Below are positions 52,821 to 64,000 of a DNA stretch of 64,000 bases, piece by piece. The notes beneath the pieces were generated by a model. The model saw nothing but the letters and a program-made list of their open reading frames with translations, was not told the origin of the DNA and searched no databases. This DNA is from Paraspadella gotoi. Its lineage: Eukaryota > Animalia > Chaetognatha. Where the stretch lies: assembly GCA_051294375.1 (NCBI GenBank), contig CM119264.1:27447469-27511468 (forward strand), written 5' to 3'. How positions within the stretch are numbered: position 1 is the first letter of the stretch; the number at the start of each line of letters is the position of its first letter. A program made the translations under genes and the position numbers.

Positions 52821-55255
52821 CTGCGGGGAAAAAAATTTAAATTATTCCTTTAATTATTGGTTGTTTATTGATTTATCGATTTATCAATTATTGTAAGTAT
52901 TAAATCTTAAGTGTATTATCCATTATTTTTCAACAAAAAATTAACCACCGATCAAAATTTAAAGACCGACTGTCAGAATTCCATGCGTCATTGTAACAGT
53001 GAACGCTTTGCATAATTGTTACTCCAAAATTTTGGGATTTAATTTTGATATTTTGAAGCGGTAAGATCTGGAAACCATAACGACAACAACAACGACGACA
53101 ACAAAAAAATAACAATAATCTTGGTAATAAAAAAAAACAACAAGGCGCCAGAGGCTGTCAAAGCTCTTGGGCGCTCAGTCGCCGACCGTCAACGAATCCC
53201 AGACAAATTATTGCGACGAAATTATTTTCGTCTTTCGACGGAGCGAAAAAAACAAAAGAGGATTTTTTTTTGGAGGAGGAAAATATAGAAAGAGGAGAGG
53301 GAGAAAGGAAAAGGAGAAGGGAAAAGGAAAAGGAGAAAGAAAAAGGAGGAAGAGAAAGAAAAAGGGGAAAGGAAAAAGGAGGAAGGGAAAGGAAAAGGGG
53401 AAAGAAAAAAGGAAATAGAGAAAGAAAAAGGAGATAGAAAAAAGAGAAAAGGAAAAGGAAAAGGACATAGAAAAAAGAGAACGAGAAAAGGACAAGAAGA
53501 GAGAGAAATGAAAAGGGGAAAAAGATAGGTAAAGAAAAATATTGAGTCCCAGGGAGAAAGTGGAGGGAGAAGAAAAAAAATAAAGAGGAAATTGGAGGAA
53601 AGAAAAGAAGGAAAGAAGGAAATGTACGTAGTCTTTAGGTCGAGAACAGGAAAACTAAAGAAAAAAAAAAGAAAAGTAAAAGGAGAGAGAAAACGGGAAA
53701 TCGAGTTTGAAGGGGAAAACAAAGATCGAAAAGTAAAGGAAGAAAAATTTGAATTTTCGATGTAGAGAATGAGGAAAAATAAGGGAAGATGCGCCCGAGG
53801 GATACAAATCTCGAAGTTTATGGAAAAAATCTTTAAAAAAAGAAAAGAAAGGAAGAAAAAATAAAAGAAAAGAACAAAAAGAAAAGGAAAAAAAAGAAAA
53901 GAGAGGAGGAAGAAAATATAAACAAAGAAAAGAGAGGAAGAAGAAAAGGAAAAAAATAAAGAATTCGATTCAGTGGACCGAATTATAGAGATTTTATCAT
54001 TTAAAAAAAAATCAGCTGAGAGAAATGAATTCTCTATTTTTTTTTCGCGGGATCAAAATCGTATTTTTCATTTCACTACGACTGTATTATGGATGATGAG
54101 GCGTCGAAAAAAGTTAATTTGAGAAACCTAGGAATCAATCAAGTCAGAAGTTTGAAGCACCAACTAACTCCGTAAAATACGAGTTGAAAGAAATTACTTT
54201 ATTACAAATTCTTCTTAATTATCTTTTATAATTTTTGGTCTTCAATGACGGGGAAATTATAATACTTATAGACTTTTTGTTTTACTTGGTATAACAAGTC
54301 GTGATTTTTACTCCTGCTTAGATTAATGCTCATTACTTATGCCTGTAAGGCTAATGGAATCAATATAATATATATCTACAAATTTACAATATTGTTTATG
54401 TTGAAAAACTAAGTAAATATTGTGTCCGAAATAAACCTATCCGACTTACTAGAAATTTAGAGCGATGAATAATTCCATAATCCAAGTGACTTTCCAGTAT
54501 TTTTAGTATCTTGTATTTTTCTCTTCTTTATCTTCAATTTTTCAATTTCTTTTCTCCTTTCACGTTTCCATTCCATTCCATTCCATTCACTCCCATTCCT
54601 CACTTTTCTTCCTCCTGCTCCATCCCCATTTTCACATCGCCTTCTTCACTTCACCCACAAACGCTACTTTTTCCTCTCCAGATTTTTAACACAGTATTTT
54701 TACAAGCAGTTATAATTAGCACATGTGCTGACGTAGACTTGCATCAAAGTCGAAACATGTCCATTTTTAATATTAATAATAAATAATTTCATATTATTTG
54801 TACCAATTTCATTATTAAATCAGAATTTTTATTATTTCTTTTTTCTCTGCGTAGTCTAGAATCACATATTAAATCATTTTTAAACCATTTTTCCCACGAT
54901 TTCCATCTTTCTTCTACATTGAATCACACGGATTCACAGATCTGGGATCCTCGAATCAAGATTCTTTTGCCACAGAGTGAATCCTTGTCAAATACATCAC
55001 CCAAAGAGGCGGTAGCTCATATTTTAAATATTTGTATAACTTTGTATCATTGTCTCATTTGAGTCATTACGTGGAATTTGGTGAACACATAAATAGCACT
55101 TCAGTCTTCAGTCTTCTTATCCAAACTCATTTCACACGAGAGAGAAGCTTTACTCAGAAGAAACATTCACCCTAACCTCCTCACAACGATCTAAACCCAA
55201 CCACTCCAGACTTTCACCACCTCTACCACCAGACACTCCCCCATAACCCCCTCAC

Positions 55256-55372
55256 CGAGGATGAGCGTCATTTTCGTGTTTTTCCACCACATCTTCCGCT
55301 TCACTTTAGAACTGCGATCGCGGAAGACCGCAGCCCCGGCTTCCAGGTCGGTCGTTTTGTTCACCAAGTCGT
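55256..55372 (-). CDS. VAMP8: VAMP8-like R-SNARE exon 2
   Basis: (CT)nCAG acceptor, GTGAGG donor, 117 nt, phase 1-1. Encodes [39 protein letters not shown] with the synaptobrevin WWKN motif. Confidence 0.92.
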
Positions 55373-55495
<123 letters not shown>

Positions 55496-55626
55496 GTTAA
55501 CGGTTTAGAGAATATTGAACAATGAAATAACCAAATCATGAGGGGCTTTCGCGAGAATACATATGTTCATCCGAGAAAAAAATATGTTTCTATTTTCCTC
55601 GCTCTCTCTCTCTCTCTCTAACTCAC

Positions 55627-55804
55627 CAAGATTGTCCCCTCTTTCCATAACCCTTTCGATGTTTTTGCTCATAACGTCCTTGACATCGTTGACTTGAGAT
55701 CTGAGTTGTGCCACGCGTTGATTTCCCGGATCTCCGGGTTCCGACGAGACGACGCCCGTTGCGGCGCCGGACGCCGCGCCCGATGCCGGGCCAGACGATG
55801 CCAT
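55627..55804 (-). CDS. VAMP8: VAMP8-like R-SNARE exon 1 (136-aa protein when spliced)
   Basis: QRVAQLRSQVNDVKDVMSKNIERVMERGDNL with the zero-layer Arg; GTGAGT donor at 55626. Family is certain, exact orthology (VAMP8 vs VAMP7/3) is not. Confidence 0.9.
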
Positions 55805-55964
55805 CCTCTTCGTGAGGGTCGACGGAGAGAGTGAGAGAGAGTTACAAGGAGTGAGAGTAAGAGCTCTTGGGATCGGGAAGAAAAAAAAATTCCAGCGACT
55901 CTCGCCTTTATTCGAGTCGGCGTTCGGTGGACGGAAGTTTTTCGCTCAGATTCTAGGAAAGAGA

Positions 55965-56000
<36 letters not shown>

Positions 56001-56020
56001 AGAAAGAGAAAGAGAGAGAG

Positions 56021-56058
<38 letters not shown>

Positions 56059-56775
56059 GAGAGATTCCTAGTTATTTATTCCACCGCCAGCGCGATGGAT
56101 TATCGTCGGGGCGAACGTCCGTATTTATATTCGATCCACGAACCAGTTTGCCGTTTTTTTTTCGGCACGAGATGGTGTGAGAGCGAATTAGAGAGAGCGG
56201 AAGCGAGAGAGAGATAGAGATGGAGAGAACAGAGGTCGAATTGCGTAGCGTTTTCAAAGGCGTTTATCCGACGATAAAAGTCAGTTAACCGTAAACAGAG
56301 GATCCTGGAAAGCCTTGTTTGGCAGAAACTGGGGAAGCACAGAGAGAGAAGCAGAGAGAGAGACAAGAAGAGAGAGAGAGAGAAGAGAGAAGAGAGAGAG
56401 AGAAGAGAGAGAGGAGAGAGAGAGAGAGAGAGAGAAAGAGATAGCAGAGGCGTGCGGAGAAGGACCAATCAGAATCGGGTAAGGCTGTTTTGGTTGGGTT
56501 GTTGGAAAGAAATTCTTTCGAAATAAGAAAACAAAAGACTTTTCTCGTTTATATCCACAGACAACGCAGTTAGATTAGATTAAGATAATTTAGATTCCGT
56601 CGTTCAAGTCGGGAATAGATTATATATATTTATTATTTAGTATGTACAAAAAAATAAGAATATTATGTTCGATATGTTCGTCCACAATATCTTTATTATG
56701 AGTTTTAAACAAAATGTAATAGTTAATACAGGACAAATAATTTTTTTTTTTAATATGAGCAAAAAGCCTCGTCAT

Positions 56776-56830
<55 letters not shown>

Positions 56831-56844
56831 ACTCCCTCTTACAG

Positions 56845-59800
56845 GACGGTGGAGGAGAAATCCCGGAACATCGCCGAGTTCGCGGGCAGCAGCGGCCTCG
56901 ACACAATATCCTCCAGATTGGGAGGAGGGGATCTCGAAACTTCGCCAGAGCATTTATCTCAAAAAGAGGACATATCATCCAAATCATCATCAAACAGTGA
57001 GCCTTGTTTGGATGATTTAAGAAATTTGATTGATTGATTTGATTTTGGAAATTAAGTTTAGGCAGATGATTAAGATTGATTGATTGCTTCAATGATAGAC
57101 CCATAAGCTTATGATATCATCTATTTACCTACACTGAGTCCCCCTGAAGAGATTAATTTCAATTTTTAGATCAATTTTTAGTTTCTGGATTAGTAGTTGA
57201 TCTTTAAAAATCTGTCATTTTGTGATTGTCTCATAATGATTCATCCACGTTCCTCCTCCAGCTGTGCTACCGAAAAACCAAATTCTTTCAACTTCGTTCA
57301 TTCCTCAAGATTCTTCATTATCATCAGACACATATCAGGCAAGCGCGAGAACGATCAAAGTGAACTGATTTGATTGATCGATCGATCGATTGCACTTTTC
57401 AGAAACCTGTGATCCTCCCTCAATCTGAAAAGCCTCCGCCAACATCCTCACCCGCCTCATCAGCTCCCGTAGCTACACCAGCGAATTCCTCGACTACATC
57501 AACTCCAGCAAAACCTTGGACGTCGTCGTCAACAGCGGCGTCGATTGATCTGTCTGCGTCGACGACGAATTCCTCTAGAATTTCCTCGACCGAAGATTCG
57601 ATCCGAAAGAAGGAAAAACGAATCGGGACGGATTCCATCGAGGTAACCTTTGAGGCGGTCGGGTAAGTGGGGGGGTTTCCCCAAAACGCCTCATTTCATT
57701 CTAAATTCGGAAAGAAGTTTTTTTTTGTTTTAATAATTTATTTTTATAAATATGGCTAAGGTTTTTATTAACTATTATTAGGTTAAAGATTTGGGATATT
57801 TTTTTTGTTCCTTTATCCCGAAATGTTATTTTAACTTTAATAATTAATTTAAACATATAACCCTAACCTTATTCCTAAACCTTAACTTAATCCTAAACTT
57901 TAACAATAAACTTATATTCTTAATTTTCAACCCTAGCCCCTATCCTTAAACCCTAACCCTAATTAATATAGAATAAAGCGTTCTGGGAAAATAAGGCCAA
58001 TTAAGATTAGAAATTAATTTTTACGGATAGGGGTTAGATAAGGATAAGGGATTAAGGTATTAAATAACGGAAAGGAGCGCTTTTAGAAAAGAGAGCCAAA
58101 AGGAAACCCCTCTTTCGATTCAGACGGCGCAACTCGTTTCCTCCGCAAATTACGAAGGTATCGAATCAGAAAATCCACGTCTGCCTCATCAAAGTCGAGC
58201 TCCGCCGAACTCGACTCGGACTTTGCCGGATCCTACCGGAGGTCCGCCGAACTCGACTCGGACTTTGCCGAATCCGAGTCGGGCTTTGCCGAATCCGACT
58301 GCCGCTGACACGAATCAAACCGGCGCTTTGCCTCCTTTCTCTACCTCGGACCGAAATCCTGCCGGTACGAGTTTCATCTTGACGAATTGAAAAGATTAAC
58401 TGATTTTTTAAATAATCTCCAGCTCTTAACTCTTAACATTGGAATATTGATTAAGAATCATTATATTGTCTATCATCTTTGAATTCGTTGCGTTTGAAAT
58501 GATTTAAACGAAAAGAGTTACATTTCTTTTTACCGACATGTTTAGACTAAATTGTTAGCATTCGTCAGCGCAATTGAGATATTGCAATACAATATACCAT
58601 TATAAATTATACAATGCATGTATTTAATATCATTATCCTATCGAAGAATATTATATATATTGTGGCGGTATATTCACACCGACGTTCAGCCAATACCATT
58701 GGCTCAGAGGGGGAACACACCATCCCAGGCGTAGTGTTCCATCCACAGTCCTAACGACTTCCCTCTTCGTTGGCAAAGCTAGACCGTCCTTGGGTAACCG
58801 CGCCAGTGACTGGAGGCGTCACTGAAAGTCGGAAACCTACAAAGCCAACGTTAAGATGACGCATCCCAATGGGCATCACAGGCAACCCGACTGTAGCCAT
58901 AATATACTAATTCTGTAATAAGGAAGCTAGTAACAGCCTGCGGAGATTTGCTAAAACTTTAAATATTGTCCCAATTTCACAAAGTTAATAATAATTAAAA
59001 ACCCGCCTACCCCCTCCATCATTTCTACTCCACAAGTCCCATCGACGAACGCCCTCGACGCCCCCGAGCCACTCCAACGGGTCTCCAAGGAGGGAGACCA
59101 TCTTCCGGGCGAAGCCTCTCCGGACGCGAGTCTCACATCCTCGCCGTCTCTTTCCGAAGGCGAAGGGAATTCGTCGACGGTGAAGCGAAGACCCAAGGTC
59201 GAGCCTTTAAAGGAGGCCGTTAAGGACAACCCTACCCAAGCGCTCGTCGACGCCGGGAGGCCGCGAGGTAAGTGAGAAGGGTAAGGGCGCCAGTCTAACG
59301 AGTATTTAAAGTTAATATTTTTATAAAATATTTAGTTATTATCAGTTATTTAAATTTGAATATTGGTATCTAACGAATTATATACTGAGAGGGAAGCCAA
59401 GTACTCTGGGAGTAAATAAACCAAACTGTGCTCAAGAGAGTCTTGATTAAGAGCTTTCAGGGACCTTCTATGTCATTATTTTATAAGAATGATGGAGGCC
59501 TTAAACCCCCAAAGCCTGTCCAAAGTCAGGGGCAAGATAGCTTATTTATTAAATGAAGGGATAATTCTTATATTTTGATATTTAATACTGCAGTATTAAC
59601 TTTTTTATTGATTAAAATTAATCAAAATAAACCTCAGACAATTGGTTTCGTGATCGATCATGCAGATCTATGGATGAACAAACAGACGATTAAAAACGAA
59701 TAATGATAATAATAATAATAATAATTAAAACGAAAATAATTACGCCAACAATTAACGACGGAGCCTATTTGCGCCTCGCGTCGTTATTCGCGATAGAAAC

Positions 59801-62176
59801 GTCACGCGACACGTGACCACCCGATCACGTGACCACCCGATCACGTGACCACCCGTTCACGTGCTTCCCGCGTTCCCTTGCGCGACCAGGTGCGTCCGAT
59901 TCTCCGGCGACGGCTTCCAAGGAACCTTCCAATCGCGCCAACGACCAGAGCCATCGTCCGTCTCGTTCGGGCGACGATAACGGGCCTCGCTCGGGAGACG
60001 CTCCACCTGCTCCCGCGCCTCCACCGAGGACACGCCCACCCGGAAGTGGCGCCGCCCACTCGTCAGAGAATCGAAGGTATGTCAAGAGGTGGTGTGGGAA
60101 GGGGGGGGGAGGTAATGGAAGAGAAAATGGAACCTGGGGGGGGGAAATATAAAAGAGAACAAAAGGAGGAAATCAATAGAAACAAATGGCCAAGAGGAGG
60201 CGCGCGGGGATGGACGGGGGGAAAAATAAACGAATTGAAAACAAAAGGTCACTCGAGCGAGAAATGGGAAACAAACAGAAACGTGGATAAGTGACGATTC
60301 TTGAAAAGGCATGCGTTGTGTGTAGAATAAAGGTTAGCAAATAAGATATAACAATGAAGTTAATTATTAGCTCGTTTTTAACTATTTAACTATTGAGCGA
60401 CTTATTTATACTGATATATATTTAGTTTTATATTTTCAACAAATTTATTAGATCTATGTTTAAACATTAGTTTCTTGTAATTCTTTGAATAGTCCTTCAA
60501 TCTTATCATCTTAATATAAACATTAATATTCAAAAATCTCTTTCTATCTGCCCCATTCTCATTCTTGCCTCGCGTTTTTTTCCTCCTTTCATCTCGAATG
60601 TAATCTTAACTGACTTAGTAAAAATGGAAACGATTAATAAAACCCGATCGGCTAAAAAAATAAACACAGGGATACGGGTTTAGTAATAGTTACTGCTGGA
60701 GTTAGTTTTTAGTTGTTTTTTTTTTGGCCGATGTTTTTTCCAAGAATTTTCTAAATTTTCTAAATTTTCTATTTTTTTTTTCCAATTTACATAGAGTATA
60801 ATTATTTCTGTTGTTCCAAAGTAATTATAAAGTTATCAACTTTTCACCGTTTCACAAGAATACTCATCAGCAACCCCTTCCTATCGCCCCATTCCAGAGA
60901 ACGCCACCCCGGATCAGCGACGCCGGCCCGAGGAAACCCAGCGTCATCGGCGCCGAGAGAAGACAAGGAAGGGCGCCAGGCGCCGAGAGAGAAAAGAGAA
61001 GATAGAGAGGCGAGTCAAACTTTGCGGGAGAGAAAAGAGGTTCGTCCGTCGTTGAGAGAAGAAAGGAAGGCCAGGGAAGAGAAGGAAAGTCGGCCATCAT
61101 CCAGAGAGGAAAGGCAGGGTCGTCCGAAGTCTAGAGAGAAAAGAGAGGGACGTCCGTCGTCGAGAGAAGAAAGAGAAGTTCGCCCGACTTCAAGAGAGGG
61201 AAAGGAGTCGCGTCCTTCGTCAAGGGAAGCGCGTCCATCGTCAAGGGAAGCGCGTCCTTCGTCAAGGGAAGCGCAATCACCTTCGAGAGAAGCGCGTCCT
61301 ACTTCCAGAGAGAAAAGAGAACCGCGCTCAGGATCGAGAGAGGATAGAGAGGCGCGGCCGGACCGAGAAACGGTAGAGCCACGCCCACAATCAAGAGAAG
61401 ATCCTCGATGTCGACCGAAAGACGCTGATACCGATCGACCCGCTCCGGCGTCAAGGACGACAGATTCGACGGAGCGCGGCGTCCACTGGCCGGAAGACCG
61501 AACGGCGCGGGGCGATCGCGACAGCGCCGAGAAACGAGGAGAACGAGGGAGAGAACGGGGAGAACGAGACAGAGGAGAACGCGGTCACAGGGGAGAACGT
61601 GGCGAGAGAGGGGACAAAGGAGAACGGGGAGAACGATACGAGAGGGGGAGGAGGCTTCGAGGGGGACCCGGCGAGTGGAGCCATCGAACAGAAAGCGGTG
61701 AACGACGGGAAAGAGATTCGCGTAGCGAGAGCGGCGAACGCGAAAGAGGCGAACGCGAAAGAGGCGAACGCGAAAGAGGCGAACGCGGCGATCGTCCCCC
61801 GCGCGGCGAACCAGGTCAACGACCTCGATCCGGCTCGGGCGACTCCGGATCCCGAGTTCCGCGCGACTGGGAAACGAGGACGAGATCAAACTCGAGAGAC
61901 AGAGAGGGGCAAAGGCGGGGACCGCCCCCGCTGGGTCAACCGGGCCAAAGGAGGAGGGGTGAGTTGTGTTGGGGGTAGAGGATTGAGGGGGGGAGGTCTG
62001 GGAAGGGTGAAAGGAAAAAACGCGGGGGGAAATGAATGAAAGGAAATAAAAAAAAGCGAAAAAAAAACGGGGGAAAAAAAAATAAAAAGACGAAAGGGCA
62101 AAGTGCGATCGTGGTGGTGAATACAAAACGGTTAACACCTGAAGGCTGATAGAAAGATATAAAAAAAGATATGAAA

Positions 62177-62224
<48 letters not shown>

Positions 62225-62325
62225 AAAAAAGAAAAAAAAAGAAAAGGAAAACAAAAGTGAAAGAAAGCTAAAAAGAAAGACCAAAAGAAAGCAAGTAAAA
62301 AGAAAAAAAGAAAGAGAGAAAAGAC

Positions 62326-62388
<63 letters not shown>

Positions 62389-63860
62389 AAAGAAAGCAAA
62401 GAAAGCAAAGAAAGAAAGGAAGAAAGAAAGAAAGAAGGAAAAAGAGAAGGAAAGTTCACGACCGTGAAGTAACGGATTGACATTTTCCTTCCGTTCCAAG
62501 GTTCTTCTTTTCCCCGTTTAATCGCTCCTCCTCCTCTTCCTCTTCCTCCTCCTATTTTTCCTCTTCCTCCTCCTCCTCCTCACTCATTTTTCTTCCAATC
62601 TAAACGCTCCTTCCTTCCTTCCTTCCTTCCTTCCTTTTTATACCTCCCACTCTTTCCTATTACTCATACCCCCTTATCTTACCTTGTTTTATCAAAAACC
62701 ACAATCCGCCATAATATTTCTAACACTTCTATTAATAAACCAACAACCCATTTCCACCCAACTTTCCCCCCCCCAACCAAACCCCCTCCACCCACCCCGC
62801 CTCCATCCCCAGGTTCCCACGACCGTTCCCTCTCCCGCGACCGACAAGGCCCGCCCGACGGACTTCCCCCGAAGCGAGACGGGGTCTCCTCGAGGGACCG
62901 CAACCGCCGCCCCTGCCGCCGCCGCCCTTTCCGCCCGGACGGCCGCGGTCGCGCGACCCCTCGCGGGATCGGGGCTTCGACCGAGACGGAATAGGGCCGA
63001 GACCCGCGCCCATCGGGGGCGAGGTCCGAGACCGCGGTCCGGGTCGGCCGACCGAGAGGGCACGCGACATCACAGGCGGCCGCCGCCGTTTGATTACTAC
63101 AGGTGACGCGACTGGGTTCAGCGTCTGTGATATTAATGTAAAATGTGAATATTAAACAGTACCTACTTTAGTAATATTTAAAAACAATTATTCTGGAGAT
63201 AAAATCTGTTTATCAAGGTCCAATGTGTGAAGAAAACCATTAAACACACGTTTATAAAATGCTTTGTTATTTTATAGTCATTCCATGGCACGCAGACAAC
63301 GCTATTTCTGTTTTCGTCAACAAAAACAAAATCAAAAAAATTAGCCTAATGCCATATAAACTATAAACAGGTTTTTTAACGTTGAAAGGAACCACCGTTT
63401 TTTCTCCTATTTTTTTCTCTTTCACTTTCCCCACCCGCCGTGAATAACTGTCGATAACTTTCCTTTTCAGCTGATACAACCTTTTCTCACAACTCGCTTT
63501 TATTTCTTTAACTTTTCTGTCTCACTTTCATAACACATTAAGGTCAGCCTAAGAAAATGGGAGTTCCTCAGTCCTCACTGTAACTTTCTCGTTCTGTCAC
63601 TTTCAACCCGCGCCTGACGTGCTCCACTTCTCAGTTTTCCTCTATTCTTCTCAACCTATTGTCAGATGACCCTTCTCTAACTTACCTTTATCACTCTCAG
63701 TCTTGGCCGTCGTCCCCGTCCCCTCGGCGCGCCTCACTTTCACCCTCGACCTCATCCTCCTCCTCATCCTCCTCCTCCTCCTCATCATCATTCCTACTCC
63801 TTAACCGACAAAGATCTCTTGGACGAAGACGGCGAACTTACCCTCGTCGGAAAGGCGCTT
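56845..63860 (+). CDS. Multi-exon gene for an unidentified disordered Ser/Pro/Arg/Glu-rich protein (incomplete)
   Basis: GC-rich blocks with acceptors and donors: 56845-56996, 57262-57338, 57403-57662, 58124-~58364, ~59037-59267, ~59890-60076, ~60898-61958, ~62813-63102, ~63700-63860. The first junctions are phase-compatible; later exons need frameshift corrections. RPSSRE and ERG repeats. Confidence 0.6.
57672..58097. mobile_element. Intronic MITE-like element(s) with telomere-like interior, same family as 46685-47125
   Basis: Imperfect TIRs TTTCCCCAAAACGC / GCGTTCTGGGAAA, CCCTAA-like interior and an adjacent inverted partial copy. Confidence 0.5.
58661..58901 (+). mobile_element. Solo LTR of the tRNA-promoter/twister family, intronic
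   Basis: Termini TGTGGC...GCCATA as in the 11-kb element. 4-bp TSD ATAT (58657-58660, 58902-58905). A box TGGCTCAGAGG 58700-58710. Shares the GCCAGTGAC..GGAGGCG..TCACTGA hairpin and an ATCACAGGC tail. Confidence 0.85.
58768..58850 (+). ncRNA. Decayed type-P5 twister ribozyme
   Basis: P5 CGTTGGC/GCCAACG; GAC-CG pairing with loop T-CG-GAA-AC; T^AA at 58795-58797; P3 CAGTGAC/GTCACTG. P2, P4 and the GC pseudoknot are damaged. Confidence 0.55.
59809..59864. repeat. 16-bp tandem repeat CACGTGACCACCCGAT, about 3.5 copies, each with an E-box
   Basis: Four CACGTG at 16-nt spacing just upstream of a splice acceptor. Confidence 0.85.
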
Positions 63861-64000
63861 GGTAAGTTATTTTAAGAGGTCGTGCCCAAGTTTGCCAAAG
63901 AGAAAAAATCATTTCCGAAAGTTGGGCATTAACGGTCACCATATGTTTTAGGACCGAGAAACGGCCGAAGAACATCGGATCCCAGTTTAGAAACTTCCGT

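Overview
AT-rich, microsatellite-dense eukaryotic (probably invertebrate animal) DNA from a gappy, noisy long-read assembly. Most ORF-track entries are (AG)n/(CT)n/(GTC)n artefacts. Supportable genes: a 3-exon VAMP8/endobrevin-like R-SNARE (minus, 55804-52705), a divergent XK-related membrane-protein locus (minus, ~16336-13539), an unidentified low-complexity multi-exon gene (plus, ~56845 to window end) and a decayed intron-containing hAT-like transposase (~44360-45660). Region 30457-54340 holds three overlapping error-laden copies of one locus, most likely an assembly artefact. Main finding: a dispersed family of short elements that couples a tRNA-type Pol III promoter (A/B boxes) to a candidate circularly permuted (type-P5) twister ribozyme. 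It occurs as a complete 723-bp two-LTR mini-retrotransposon (11047-11769; PBS, PPT, 4-bp TSD, one ribozyme per LTR), as solo LTR-like copies (12749-12947, 58661-58901, probably 2888-3152) and as a SINE-like copy (9683-9945). Stems covary between copies. The ribozyme call is a by-eye match to the remembered twister consensus and needs a covariance-model search and a cleavage assay.
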